The translations under genes were made by a program, and so were the position numbers. Shown here piece after piece: positions 19,182 through 28,204 of a stretch of DNA of 60,252 nt (positions are counted from its first letter, which is position 1; the number at the start of each line of letters is the position of its first letter). The notes below the pieces were generated by a model. The model was not told the origin of the DNA. It did not search any database and saw only the letters and a program-made list of their open reading frames with translations. Where the stretch lies: the sequence record SRR20825010_561, one strand, 5' to 3'.

Positions 19182-20960
19182 TTGAACATTCACGCAAAAG
19201 CACTTTCAAAGTTCATTACGCCTTTCGGTGTTTTGATTTTATTGCTTTTTGTGTTTTCAAACAGGTCATTCTCCCAAAATTCGAGCCTCCCAAATGGTAA
19301 TTTCGAAGCGGACGAGATTTCGGGTTGCGCTCCTTTTACTGTTAACATTGTAAATGAAGCTATTGGCGGCAATCCTGGCGGATCTATATCATATTTTTAT
19401 GACAACATACTTGACCCCTCTACATGTAGTACAGACTATCAATCAAACCCTGGCGCCTGTGTTGATGACGGGGATCCAAATGACGACCAAGCAAATGATT
19501 ACATAGGAAGCAAAACCTTTACCTATAATACTCCAGGCACATATTACATTATCCAACTTAATGGTACTCAACCTAATGGTAGCAAAGTAAGCTATCTTAA
19601 AGTCACAGTCATAGAAACCATTGAACCCACCTACAATGTATTTGTCTGCGCCAATAATGAAGTGTTTCTAGAACTAGCTTTTAACCAAGACAGCTACGAC
19701 AGCTACGCTGTTGACTTTGGTGATGGAGGTCCTACTCAAACTGTAGATAAAGCTGGCTCAAACGAATTGACCTACACCTACGGTGTAGCTGGGGATTACG
19801 ATATTTCCGTACAAGGGCTTGCTTCTGGGAATCCTACGAACTGTTCTGAAAACATAAAATCAATTAGCACGCTTGACAGCTCCCCCACTCCAGTCATCAA
19901 TAGCCTTGAAGTCTTGGATGCAAGCATGTTTGAAATAAATTACGAAAGCTTGGACAGTAGAATCATACACACTTTAATGATTGAATCTGAAGATGGAAGT
20001 CAAACAGACCTTATTACTTTAGATTCAAGCACAAACCCGACCAGCTACACCTATACCAATAATAGTTTCGATTTCCTAAACACCGTCTATTCAGTTAAAA
20101 TTGAAAGTACAGATCGTTGCAATCCCAATGCAATACCTTCAGAAACAGTTTATACTGTAGCAGCTCAATCTAGTGCTGCCTATGTCAATTCAGATATTCA
20201 AATTGATTTTGACTTTCTAACGAATGTCAATGGCTTAGGTCAAGTTCAGTTTTATGAAAACAATAGTGCTCAAGAAACATTCGCGACAAATACAGGATCG
20301 GTGCAAAGATTACTTAGTAACTGTACTTTGTTGGACAGTTATTATTTCCAAGCAATCTTCGCAACAGCAACATCTATTAGCGCCCCCGTTAATCCAGACT
20401 TAAGCGGTACACTTAGCCCACCTGCCATACAGAATATGGAAGGAGAGCTAGTAAATACCACCTTCAAACTAGAACTTGATCAGGCTCTGGTAAACACAAC
20501 AACCTACACCATTTACAAAAAGAATCCCGATGATACCTTTAGCCCTATCGGTACATCGACAACTCCAGACTTTACAGATACCAATTTAAGATCAGGTGAA
20601 CTGGAGCTTTGTTATACTGTGTACTATGAAGATGAATGCGGGAATATTTCAGAAATGAGTTCCGAGTTTTGCTTCCCGCTTTCCATTGGAACAATTCGTT
20701 TACCAAATGCCTTTACCCCTAATGGCGATGGCGAAAACGACACTTTTACTGTTGGCGATGGCGTATTCATCAACTTCAGAATGCAAATTTTTGATCATTG
20801 GGGCAGTTTGATTTTTAACTCAACCAACCCTAGACTCGGTTGGGATGGTAATTTCAATGGCGTCCCTGCCAGCGTTGGTGGCTATGCCTACCGTATTTCG
20901 TTTCAAGACGCAGGGAATTCCACCATTCAACAAACCGGAACTTTAGTATTAATTCGATAG
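19182..20960 (+). CDS. Secreted PKD-domain protein with type-B T9SS C-terminal domain
   Basis: SGCAPFTV and VDFGDG PKD motifs; PNAFTPNGDGEND...WDG...LVLIR C-terminus. Confidence 0.88.
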   Translation: MNIHAKALSKFITPFGVLILLLFVFSNRSFSQNSSLPNGNFEADEISGCAPFTVNIVNEAIGGNPGGSISYFYDNILDPSTCSTDYQSNPGACVDDGDPNDDQANDYIGSKTFTYNTPGTYYIIQLNGTQPNGSKVSYLKVTVIETIEPTYNVFVCANNEVFLELAFNQDSYDSYAVDFGDGGPTQTVDKAGSNELTYTYGVAGDYDISVQGLASGNPTNCSENIKSISTLDSSPTPVINSLEVLDASMFEINYESLDSRIIHTLMIESEDGSQTDLITLDSSTNPTSYTYTNNSFDFLNTVYSVKIESTDRCNPNAIPSETVYTVAAQSSAAYVNSDIQIDFDFLTNVNGLGQVQFYENNSAQETFATNTGSVQRLLSNCTLLDSYYFQAIFATATSISAPVNPDLSGTLSPPAIQNMEGELVNTTFKLELDQALVNTTTYTIYKKNPDDTFSPIGTSTTPDFTDTNLRSGELELCYTVYYEDECGNISEMSSEFCFPLSIGTIRLPNAFTPNGDGENDTFTVGDGVFINFRMQIFDHWGSLIFNSTNPRLGWDGNFNGVPASVGGYAYRISFQDAGNSTIQQTGTLVLIR

Positions 20961-20984
20961 TTTTGGGTAAAAAATAAGAAGCTT

Positions 20985-21317
20985 ATGTTCGATATGATGA
21001 AAATGATGGGCAAGGTGAAGGAGATGCAGTCCAAAATGAAGGAAGCCCAGGACAAGCTAGAATACATTCATGAAACAGGTGAGGCCGGTGCCGGAATGGT
21101 AAAAGCCACTGTAAATGGTAAAAAGCAGGTCATCTCAATCGAAATTGATGAGGCCTTGATGAGTAAAGAAGACAAAGAAACCGTGCAGGACCTTACTGTA
21201 GCCGCTATTAATAATGCACTTGAAAAGGCAGACGTAAGTGCTAAAGAAGAAATCAGAAAAAGCACCGAGGGCATTATGCCCAATATCCCAGGAATGGACC
21301 TAGGTAATATGTTCTAA
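20985..21317 (+). CDS. ybaB: YbaB/EbfC nucleoid-associated protein
   Basis: GEAGAGMVKATVNG, DLTVAAINNA. Confidence 0.9.
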   Translation: MFDMMKMMGKVKEMQSKMKEAQDKLEYIHETGEAGAGMVKATVNGKKQVISIEIDEALMSKEDKETVQDLTVAAINNALEKADVSAKEEIRKSTEGIMPNIPGMDLGNMF

Positions 21318-22324
21318 TGTCAAAAATATCAGTTGCCTTACTTAATTACAACGGCAAAACTCATCTAGAAAACTTCTTGCCATCCGTTGTTCAGTTCAGC
21401 ACCGGCTATGATATCGTAGTAATCGATAACGGTTCAACAGATGACAGTATTGGATTCCTAAAGAGCAACTACCCTACCGTTAGAATAATTTCATATGCTG
21501 AAAATCATGGATTTTGTGGTGGGTATAATAAGGCCCTAAAGGAATTGGAACATGAGTTTGTGGTGTTACTTAATACTGATGTTCAGGTAACAGAAGGCTG
21601 GATCGACCCAATATTGGAGCTAATGGAGTCTGACAGTGATTTGGCTGCAGTTCAACCCAAAATTCTTGACCTAAAGAAAAAAACTCATTTCGAATATGCA
21701 GGAGCTTCCGGTGGATATTTAGATATGCTTGGCTACCCGTTTTGCAGAGGTCGAGTTTTTCACACAATTGAGGAAGACAAAAATCAGTATCAAGAAACAC
21801 AAGATGTTTTTTGGGCCTCGGGAGCTTCACTTTTTGTTAGACGATCAGCTTATTTTGAAACAGGAGGATTAGACGAGCATTTCTTTGCCCACATGGAAGA
21901 AATTGATCTTTGCTGGCGTTTTTGGAATCTGGGCTACAAAGTAAAAGTTTGTCCAGAGAGTGTAGTTTACCACTTGGGCGGTGGGACTCTAGATAAGTCG
22001 AGTCCCAGAAAGACCTATTTAAATTTCAGGAATGGTTTAAGTATTCTTTTAAAGAATGAAGACACATCGGACCTTTTCTGGAAGTTCCCTATTCGTTTGT
22101 TTCTTGATTGGCTAGCAATTATTCAATTCTCAACACTTAGCGGACTACCTCATGGAGTAGCAATCATCAGAGCTCACTTCGATTTCATACGATCTATTCC
22201 TTGTCAAATAAGAAAGCGAAAATCTTCAGTTAGAATATCTCAAAACAATCCCAGATATAGCGGGTTAATCATTTGGGATTACTTTATAAGAAGGAAGAAA
22301 ACCTACCTAAAAATTAATTCTTAG
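21317..22324 (+). CDS. Glycosyltransferase family 2
   Basis: LNYNG, DNGSTDDS, LLNTD, EEIDLCWR. Confidence 0.9.
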   Translation: MSKISVALLNYNGKTHLENFLPSVVQFSTGYDIVVIDNGSTDDSIGFLKSNYPTVRIISYAENHGFCGGYNKALKELEHEFVVLLNTDVQVTEGWIDPILELMESDSDLAAVQPKILDLKKKTHFEYAGASGGYLDMLGYPFCRGRVFHTIEEDKNQYQETQDVFWASGASLFVRRSAYFETGGLDEHFFAHMEEIDLCWRFWNLGYKVKVCPESVVYHLGGGTLDKSSPRKTYLNFRNGLSILLKNEDTSDLFWKFPIRLFLDWLAIIQFSTLSGLPHGVAIIRAHFDFIRSIPCQIRKRKSSVRISQNNPRYSGLIIWDYFIRRKKTYLKINS

Positions 22325-22539
22325 TTATACCAAACAGGATTTTGTTTTCTACGTAAATGCTTGCGAAAATTAATAATATAAGCGAGTCCTAAGTAAACAA
22401 GCAATGGCGAACCAAAGGTGATAAAGGAGGCATATATAAAGAATATGCGAATAGAAGAGGCCGACAAATTGAGCTTCTCTCCTAATTTGGCGCAAACACC
22501 ATATGCTTGACTTTCGAAAAACCGTTGAATTCTTTCCAT
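22321..22539 (-). CDS. PspC-domain small membrane protein
   Basis: GVCAKLGEKL...IRIFFIY...LLVYLGLA. Confidence 0.75.
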   Translation of the reverse strand: MERIQRFFESQAYGVCAKLGEKLNLSASSIRIFFIYASFITFGSPLLVYLGLAYIINFRKHLRRKQNPVWYN

Positions 22540-22665
22540 TGAACAAATATTACAACAAATTTACAAAACAATTTATTAAAGCTTAAAATCGGAATCCATT
22601 AAAATTTTATTAAACTTGCAATCCTAAATTTAAGGCTATACTGTTCTAAATCAATTTAAAATAAT

Positions 22666-24459
22666 ATGAAAACCCAAACAGCTAAACTATTTTTTCCATT
22701 CTTGATACTTGGTATCTTATCAATGTCTGGTTGCGCATTAAGCAAAATGGCAAGAATGTCTAAAGACCAGGGACTTACGGTTGAGCCATCTCCATTGGAA
22801 GTTCACGGGAACGAAGTAAAGTTCACAATGTCGGCAAACCTGCCTGTGAAGATGTTAAAACGTAAAAAAGTATATACACTTAATACGTATTATCAATACG
22901 GAAGTCAAGAGAAACAATTGGCTCCAGTTGTTTTCAACGAAAAAGATTACCCTAACGCGGCTACTGAGCAACCAAAGGTGACAAAGGACTATTCTTTCGC
23001 ATATGATCCTGCTATGTCTCGCGGAAATCTCTTAGTACAAGGTGTTGCGTCAAACCCTAAAACAGGAAACTTTGTAGAGTCTGAAAAGCTGATCATTGCT
23101 GAAGGTTTGATCACTACTTCTACTTTAGTTCAGTCATCTTACTTTGCTTCATATGCTGATCATGGCTACAATGACAAAGAAGAATTGATCCCTACTAACG
23201 TAGAGTTCTTTTTCGAGCAAGGAAGATCGGTTTTAAGACCAGTAGAAAAAAACTCTGATAGAGGTACAAGATTCGCTGCTTACATTGCAGAGAAAAATGC
23301 AACAAAAACAGTATCTATCACTGGTACTCACTCTCCAGAAGGTAAAGACAGAATTAACGCTGACTTAGCAAAAGAAAGAGCTGTAGCCATCGAAACATGG
23401 TACAGAGAGCAAATGGACAAATATGACTACCAAGGAATGGCTAGTCAAATTAGATTCATTACTAAGCCAGTTGTTGATGATTGGAATGATTTGAAAGCTA
23501 TGCTTTCTAGCTATAGCGGAATCTCTTCTACTCAGAAATCAGAGTGGACTAACATCATAAATGGTTCAGGTTCTTTTGAACAAAAAGAAAAACAACTTCA
23601 GAAATTGAGTACTTACAAGCAAGTATTCAAAGATATATACCCTCAATTGAGAACAGCTAAAACTGAAGTTTTAACTATCAAGCCTAAGAAATCAAGAGAG
23701 GAGATAATCTCTTTAGCAAAATCTATCGCTCAAGGAAGAGGATCAGCTGATCAACTTTCAGGTGAAGAATTAGCGTATGCTGCTTCTTTCACTCCTTCTT
23801 TAGAAGAGAAAAAATCAATTTACGAAGCTGCGGCTAAGAAGAACGATACTTGGGCAGTTCACAACAACCTAGGTGCTGTAACTATGGAAATGGCAATGGC
23901 CGCTTCTGGAAGAGACAGAACAAACATGTTGAGAGATGCTATTAACCATTTCGAGATTTCTAACCAAAAGAATGCAAACGTTGAAGCGCAAGCAAACTTA
24001 GGAATGGCGCAAGCCATGCAGAACAACAACCAAGCGGCTCTTGATGCTTTAAACAAAGCGTTAACAATGAACCCTGGTAACGATGTAAGACAAGGTGTTA
24101 ATGGCGCTAAAGGTGCTGTTGAAATTAAAATGGGGAACTACGATGCTGCGTTAAGCACCTTGGGTAACGCCACAAACCGTTCAGTTGATCAATACAATAA
24201 AGGTATGGTTCAGTTATTGAAAAAAGATTTCAGAAATGCACAAACTACTTTAGAGTCTGTGATCTCTAACGACAGAGGATTTGTTTGGGCACATTACTTA
24301 GCTGCGGTTGCTGCTGCACGTCAGAGCAACGAGAACAAGGTAATTGAGAACTTAAGAAATGCCGTAAATGCTGACTCATCATTAAAAGCAAAAGCTTTAT
24401 CTGATTTAGAGTTCAGAGAGTTCAGTGGAACTCAAGCATTCATTGATATCATGAAGTAA
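22666..24459 (+). CDS. TPR-containing lipoprotein with OmpA-like region
   Basis: Lipobox MSGC; FFEQGRS...HSPEG...LAKERA OmpA-like segment; C-terminal TPRs (VHNNLG, AQANLG). Confidence 0.75.
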   Translation: MKTQTAKLFFPFLILGILSMSGCALSKMARMSKDQGLTVEPSPLEVHGNEVKFTMSANLPVKMLKRKKVYTLNTYYQYGSQEKQLAPVVFNEKDYPNAATEQPKVTKDYSFAYDPAMSRGNLLVQGVASNPKTGNFVESEKLIIAEGLITTSTLVQSSYFASYADHGYNDKEELIPTNVEFFFEQGRSVLRPVEKNSDRGTRFAAYIAEKNATKTVSITGTHSPEGKDRINADLAKERAVAIETWYREQMDKYDYQGMASQIRFITKPVVDDWNDLKAMLSSYSGISSTQKSEWTNIINGSGSFEQKEKQLQKLSTYKQVFKDIYPQLRTAKTEVLTIKPKKSREEIISLAKSIAQGRGSADQLSGEELAYAASFTPSLEEKKSIYEAAAKKNDTWAVHNNLGAVTMEMAMAASGRDRTNMLRDAINHFEISNQKNANVEAQANLGMAQAMQNNNQAALDALNKALTMNPGNDVRQGVNGAKGAVEIKMGNYDAALSTLGNATNRSVDQYNKGMVQLLKKDFRNAQTTLESVISNDRGFVWAHYLAAVAAARQSNENKVIENLRNAVNADSSLKAKALSDLEFREFSGTQAFIDIMK

Positions 24460-24476
24460 TTGAATATAAAATTAAG

Positions 24477-24512
24477 AAAAAGGCTCTGGATGCAAATTCA
24501 GAGCCTTTTTTT
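24477..24512 (+). terminator. Intrinsic terminator
   Basis: AAAAAGGCTCTG...CAGAGCCTTTTTTT. Confidence 0.8.
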
Positions 24513-24591
24513 ATACCCATTACTCTTGTCAATCTTTCTTTGTGAATTGAGTGCTGAATGTTTATTTTTACGGCCATTAACCCCTAGATGA

Positions 24592-25569
24592 ATGAGAGAA
24601 ATACAGTTTCGTGAAGCCCTGAGAGAAGCCATGTCTGAGGAAATGAGAATAGATGATAAAATCTTTCTTATGGGAGAAGAAGTGGCCGAGTATAATGGTG
24701 CTTACAAAGTGAGCCAAGGCATGTTAGACGAGTTTGGCCCAGAAAGAGTGATCGACACCCCGATTGCGGAACTAGGGTTCGCTGGAATTGGTGTTGGTGC
24801 TGCGATGAATGGCCTTAAGCCTATCATCGAGTTTATGACCTTCAACTTCTCTTTGGTAGCTATTGATCAAGTAATCAACTCAGCTGCTAAAATGATGTCG
24901 ATGTCTGGCGGACAATACTCCGTTCCTATCGTATTTAGAGGCCCTACAGGGAATGCAGGAATGTTGAGTTCTCAGCACTCTCAAAACTTTGAAAACTGGT
25001 TTGCAAACACTCCTGGATTGAAAGTGGTAGTTCCTTCCACACCTTACGATGCAAAAGGCTTGTTAAAAGCTGCCATTCGCGATAGCGACCCTGTCATCTT
25101 TATGGAGTCGGAAGTAATGTATGGCGACAAAGGAGAAGTCCCTGAAGAAGAATACATTTTAGAAATTGGTAAAGCACACATTGAGCGCGAAGGATCTGAT
25201 GTTACTTTGGTTTCTTTCGGTAAAATGATGAAAATAGCCCATGAAGCAGCAGGTGAATTGGCCAAAGACGGAATTAGTGCAGAGGTAATCAACCTTCGTT
25301 CTGTACGACCTATTGACTATCCAGCCATCATTAAGTCGGTGAAGAAAACAAACCGTTTGGTGATTGTGGAAGAAGCATGGCCATTGTCTTCATTGGCTAC
25401 AGACATTGCTTTCAATGTGCAAAAAGATGCATTTGATTATTTAGACGCGCCAATCAAAAGGGTAAACAGCATGGACTTACCATTGCCTTATGCTCCAACT
25501 TTGATAGACGTTATTCTACCGAATGTAAAAAGAACGCTAGACGCAGTGCATTCTGTAATGTATAAGTAG
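24592..25569 (+). CDS. pdhB: Pyruvate dehydrogenase E1 beta subunit
   Basis: GEEVAEYNGAYKVS, DTPIAE, EFMTFNF, QHSQ. Confidence 0.95.
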   Translation: MREIQFREALREAMSEEMRIDDKIFLMGEEVAEYNGAYKVSQGMLDEFGPERVIDTPIAELGFAGIGVGAAMNGLKPIIEFMTFNFSLVAIDQVINSAAKMMSMSGGQYSVPIVFRGPTGNAGMLSSQHSQNFENWFANTPGLKVVVPSTPYDAKGLLKAAIRDSDPVIFMESEVMYGDKGEVPEEEYILEIGKAHIEREGSDVTLVSFGKMMKIAHEAAGELAKDGISAEVINLRSVRPIDYPAIIKSVKKTNRLVIVEEAWPLSSLATDIAFNVQKDAFDYLDAPIKRVNSMDLPLPYAPTLIDVILPNVKRTLDAVHSVMYK

Positions 25570-25593
25570 CCTTTTTTAAAAATGATATTTGAG

Positions 25594-25622
25594 AATCCGA
25601 ACCTTATAAGTTCGGATTTTTT
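25594..25622 (+). terminator. Intrinsic terminator after pdhB
   Basis: AATCCGAAC-CTTATAA-GTTCGGATT followed by T run. Confidence 0.75.
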
Positions 25623-25633
25623 ACTTTTAGGCC

Positions 25634-26137
25634 ATGTCAATTCTAATTGCTATAGGAGGAGTTTCAAGGTCAGGCAAGTCTACATTAGCAGATTGGCTAG
25701 GCAATCAGTTAAAGAGCGCCACAGTGCTTCATCAGGACGAATACGCAAAACCTAAAGATCAACTGCCGCTCATCAATGATGTACCCAACTGGGAAGTCCC
25801 AGAGTCTATTGATTGGAATGCTTGGGGAAAAGCCATCGCTCAAGCCCAATGCAAATTTGACTACGTGATTATTGAAGGCATCTTAGTGTTTTCAAACCTA
25901 GAAATCAATCAAAAGATCAATCATTCTATTGAACTGATAATCTGCAAAGAAGAGTTTATCACTAGAAGATTAGAAGAGAAACGTTGGGGAGATGAACCGA
26001 AATGGTTTATTGAATATGTATGGGACGCCCATTTAAAGTATGGCCTTCCTCCTAGTGATTTAAAGACTATTCAAATTAAGGACATCACACCTGATCAATA
26101 CTTTGAGGTTTTGACGGCAGTAAAAAAAGAGCATTGA
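25634..26137 (+). CDS. P-loop nucleoside kinase, nicotinamide riboside kinase/uridine kinase-like
   Basis: GGVSRSGKST, LHQDEY, NWEVPESID, IIEG, YVWDAHLKY. Confidence 0.7.
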   Translation: MSILIAIGGVSRSGKSTLADWLGNQLKSATVLHQDEYAKPKDQLPLINDVPNWEVPESIDWNAWGKAIAQAQCKFDYVIIEGILVFSNLEINQKINHSIELIICKEEFITRRLEEKRWGDEPKWFIEYVWDAHLKYGLPPSDLKTIQIKDITPDQYFEVLTAVKKEH

Positions 26138-26150
26138 ATTTACTTTTCGA

Positions 26151-26456
26151 TTACCCTTTCATTTTTGCAGGAGACTGTCTGGAGTCGAAAAAATCCGTGA
26201 TATAGACCGCTTCGTTTTCAATCTTGTAAATGATCTTAAAATGACCTTCTATAATTCTTCTGTGACCTTCTTTCAAGTCTTTTAGATATTCTTCTTGTTG
26301 ACCTTTTAATGGATTTATCGCTAAACTATCAGCTCTGTCTAACAGACTGTTTTTCAAACTGGAAGCTTGTTCAGGGGAGAGTCTTTGTTTTTCAACAACG
26401 AACTCAAGCGCTTCCTCAAGGCTGTCAATAGACTGATCTGTATAGATTACTCTCAT
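26151..26456 (-). CDS. RelE/ParE family type II toxin
   Basis: MRVIYTDQS..., NPLKG, HRRIIEGHFKIIYKI, ITDFFDSRQ. Confidence 0.85.
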   Translation of the reverse strand: MRVIYTDQSIDSLEEALEFVVEKQRLSPEQASSLKNSLLDRADSLAINPLKGQQEEYLKDLKEGHRRIIEGHFKIIYKIENEAVYITDFFDSRQSPAKMKG

Positions 26457-26686
26457 ATGCCCAGACGGCCCTTAATTTTAGCTTCTGCTTCTTGTCGGCT
26501 ATGTACCCTTCCTGCCTTAATATCTTCGTTGGCTTTTAAAGCTCTGGAGATAAGTTTTTCCTTTAGGACAGGGTCAGTGCTTTTTCGCTCTTTTTTAAGA
26601 ACAGATTCCAATTTATCGATAATCGACTCGCTATTTATAGCAAGTACTTCTTCTATAAAATGTAGTTTTCTCGTCTGTAAATCCAT
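26453..26686 (-). CDS. Putative cognate antitoxin (77 aa)
   Basis: ATGA overlap with the toxin start; EDIKAGRV tail; start revised to 26686. Confidence 0.7.
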   Translation of the reverse strand: MDLQTRKLHFIEEVLAINSESIIDKLESVLKKERKSTDPVLKEKLISRALKANEDIKAGRVHSRQEAEAKIKGRLGI

Positions 26687-26689
26687 ACT

Positions 26690-26697
26690 CAAAGTTA
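26690..26697 (-). promoter_or_regulatory. -7 promoter box of the TA operon
   Basis: Minus strand TAACTTTG, 3 nt before the antitoxin ATG. Confidence 0.55.
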
Positions 26698-26755
26698 ACG
26701 TTTTATACAATTTTTGTTGCTGTTATTCAGCGATTATAGAAATCTACTCTCAAAA

Positions 26756-26879
26756 CTTCAGTATGGGCTGGCCTTTCTGTTACTCTAAATGATGCACTCA
26801 AAGCACATCACAAAATAGGTGTTCGCCACAGGCCTGCTTGCCGCTAGGTAGGCAAGCGCCAGTTACCGCAGTGTATAAG
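26756..26879. repeat. Degenerate direct repeat, copy 1
   Basis: Shares AAG(C/T)ACATCACAAAATAGGT core, CTG(G/A)CCTTTCT and GC(A/G)AGC(G/A)CCAG(T/C)TAC(C/A)GCAG with copy 2. Confidence 0.7.
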
Positions 26880-26895
26880 CGGGTGCCATTGGTTT

Positions 26896-27249
26896 TCAAG
26901 TAGTTAAGCTCTGAAAAAAGAAAATTAGATACTTTAATACATTAGTGTGGTACACTATTAAAATAGAGAAGGTAATCCACCAGACTGCTAAAATGATATA
27001 AACTCTTTTACGGTAGATATAGTAATTATCTTCACCTATATCCAAAAATTCTTGTTTAAATATTGGCAACATAAATTTCAAACTAGTCGATAAAACGTCA
27101 CCAAAACTTTCCTTATTTAACTTATTGTAAATAAACTTTCCAAAATCTTTGTCATAGTTTTTGCCATTGAACTCTCTATAGTATTTATAATGAGCTGTTA
27201 GTTTTAACCAAGTGAGTATACTAAGTAGTGATAAAATTAATCTGAACAT
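26896..27249 (-). CDS. AT-rich hypothetical small membrane protein
   Basis: 117 aa ORF with hydrophobic N- and C-terminal segments, lying between the two repeats. Confidence 0.6.
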   Translation of the reverse strand: MFRLILSLLSILTWLKLTAHYKYYREFNGKNYDKDFGKFIYNKLNKESFGDVLSTSLKFMLPIFKQEFLDIGEDNYYIYRKRVYIILAVWWITFSILIVYHTNVLKYLIFFFQSLTT

Positions 27250-27297
27250 GGATAAGCGGTATTTAATTAGTTTATATGCATTTCTTCCTAGTTCGTA

Positions 27298-27403
27298 CTT
27301 TTAGTGCGGACTGACCTTTCTTTACAACCTATGCATTTGAAGTACATCACAAAATAGGTAATCATCAAATCAAAAGCGAGCACCAGCTACAGCAGCAAAC
27401 AAG
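27298..27403. repeat. Degenerate direct repeat, copy 2
   Basis: See copy 1; lacks the GC-rich palindromic insert. Confidence 0.7.
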
Positions 27404-27482
27404 TAACTACCAGAGAGCTGACCTGAGCTTCTTTGTTTATTAGACTTTTTTCTTCTACATTAACGTAAAAATTAGTTCTGTA

Positions 27483-28193
27483 TTGAAGAAGATAGTTCAA
27501 CCATCCCTATTGATTACAATCCTTTTATTTACAATAGGTTGTAGTGCTCCTAAAAAGGAGGTGCCTCAGAAAAAAGAAGAAGAAGTAGTGCAAGCACCCA
27601 GGGTGCCAATTGCTTCAGTAAATAGTTCGATCCCTAAGTACAAGTTTTCCTTTTCCTCATTAGAGTTGGGCATGTCTATTTCGGAACTTGATCAAAGAGT
27701 TTTTAAACATTATGGAGAGTTTTACACCAAAGACTTTTCAGTCTATCAATTAGATCAAATAGACTATTTGGCTGAAGCGCATTACATCAGTAATATTGAT
27801 CTGATCTTTATCGACAGCTTATTAGTGCAAATTCAGGCTTTCTTAACTGTAGACAAATCCAATGACTTAATTAATCAATTTGGCAGGGCTAAATTATTGA
27901 TCAACGATCATCATAATAAAACACTTCTAGAAACAGAAAGTGCACTAACAAAGACGAGTAAGGGATATTCTATTAATAAAAACCTAGATCAATTTAGGCT
28001 AAAATGGGTCAGAGTAAATACCGATATAGAATATGAAGTGAATAAAAAGCCCAATACGGATTCCACCAGTGTTAACATGGCGCGCTTCTCTTCAATGGGC
28101 AATCCCAAGGGGTTCAAGTACAAGCTCACCTTTCAAACCACAGATTTTCAATACCAAAAGGCCTATGTTGAATGGGAATCCAATCAGAAATAA
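27483..28193 (+). CDS. Hypothetical lipoprotein
   Basis: TTG start, lipobox TIGC. Confidence 0.7.
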   Translation: MKKIVQPSLLITILLFTIGCSAPKKEVPQKKEEEVVQAPRVPIASVNSSIPKYKFSFSSLELGMSISELDQRVFKHYGEFYTKDFSVYQLDQIDYLAEAHYISNIDLIFIDSLLVQIQAFLTVDKSNDLINQFGRAKLLINDHHNKTLLETESALTKTSKGYSINKNLDQFRLKWVRVNTDIEYEVNKKPNTDSTSVNMARFSSMGNPKGFKYKLTFQTTDFQYQKAYVEWESNQK

Positions 28194-28204
28194 TAGACTA
28201 AGAA

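Noticed and set aside
24592-25569. pdhB without neighbouring pdhA/pdhC
   Set aside because: Split PDH genes are commonplace in Bacteroidota
26367-26792. 141-aa plus-strand ORF across the TA module
   Set aside because: Antisense to the better-supported antitoxin and toxin genes
26756-27403. Reading the direct repeats as a CRISPR array or canonical attC sites
   Set aside because: Only two long, diverged copies ~540 bp apart, no cas genes, and no complete RYYYAAC...GTTRRRY hairpin found
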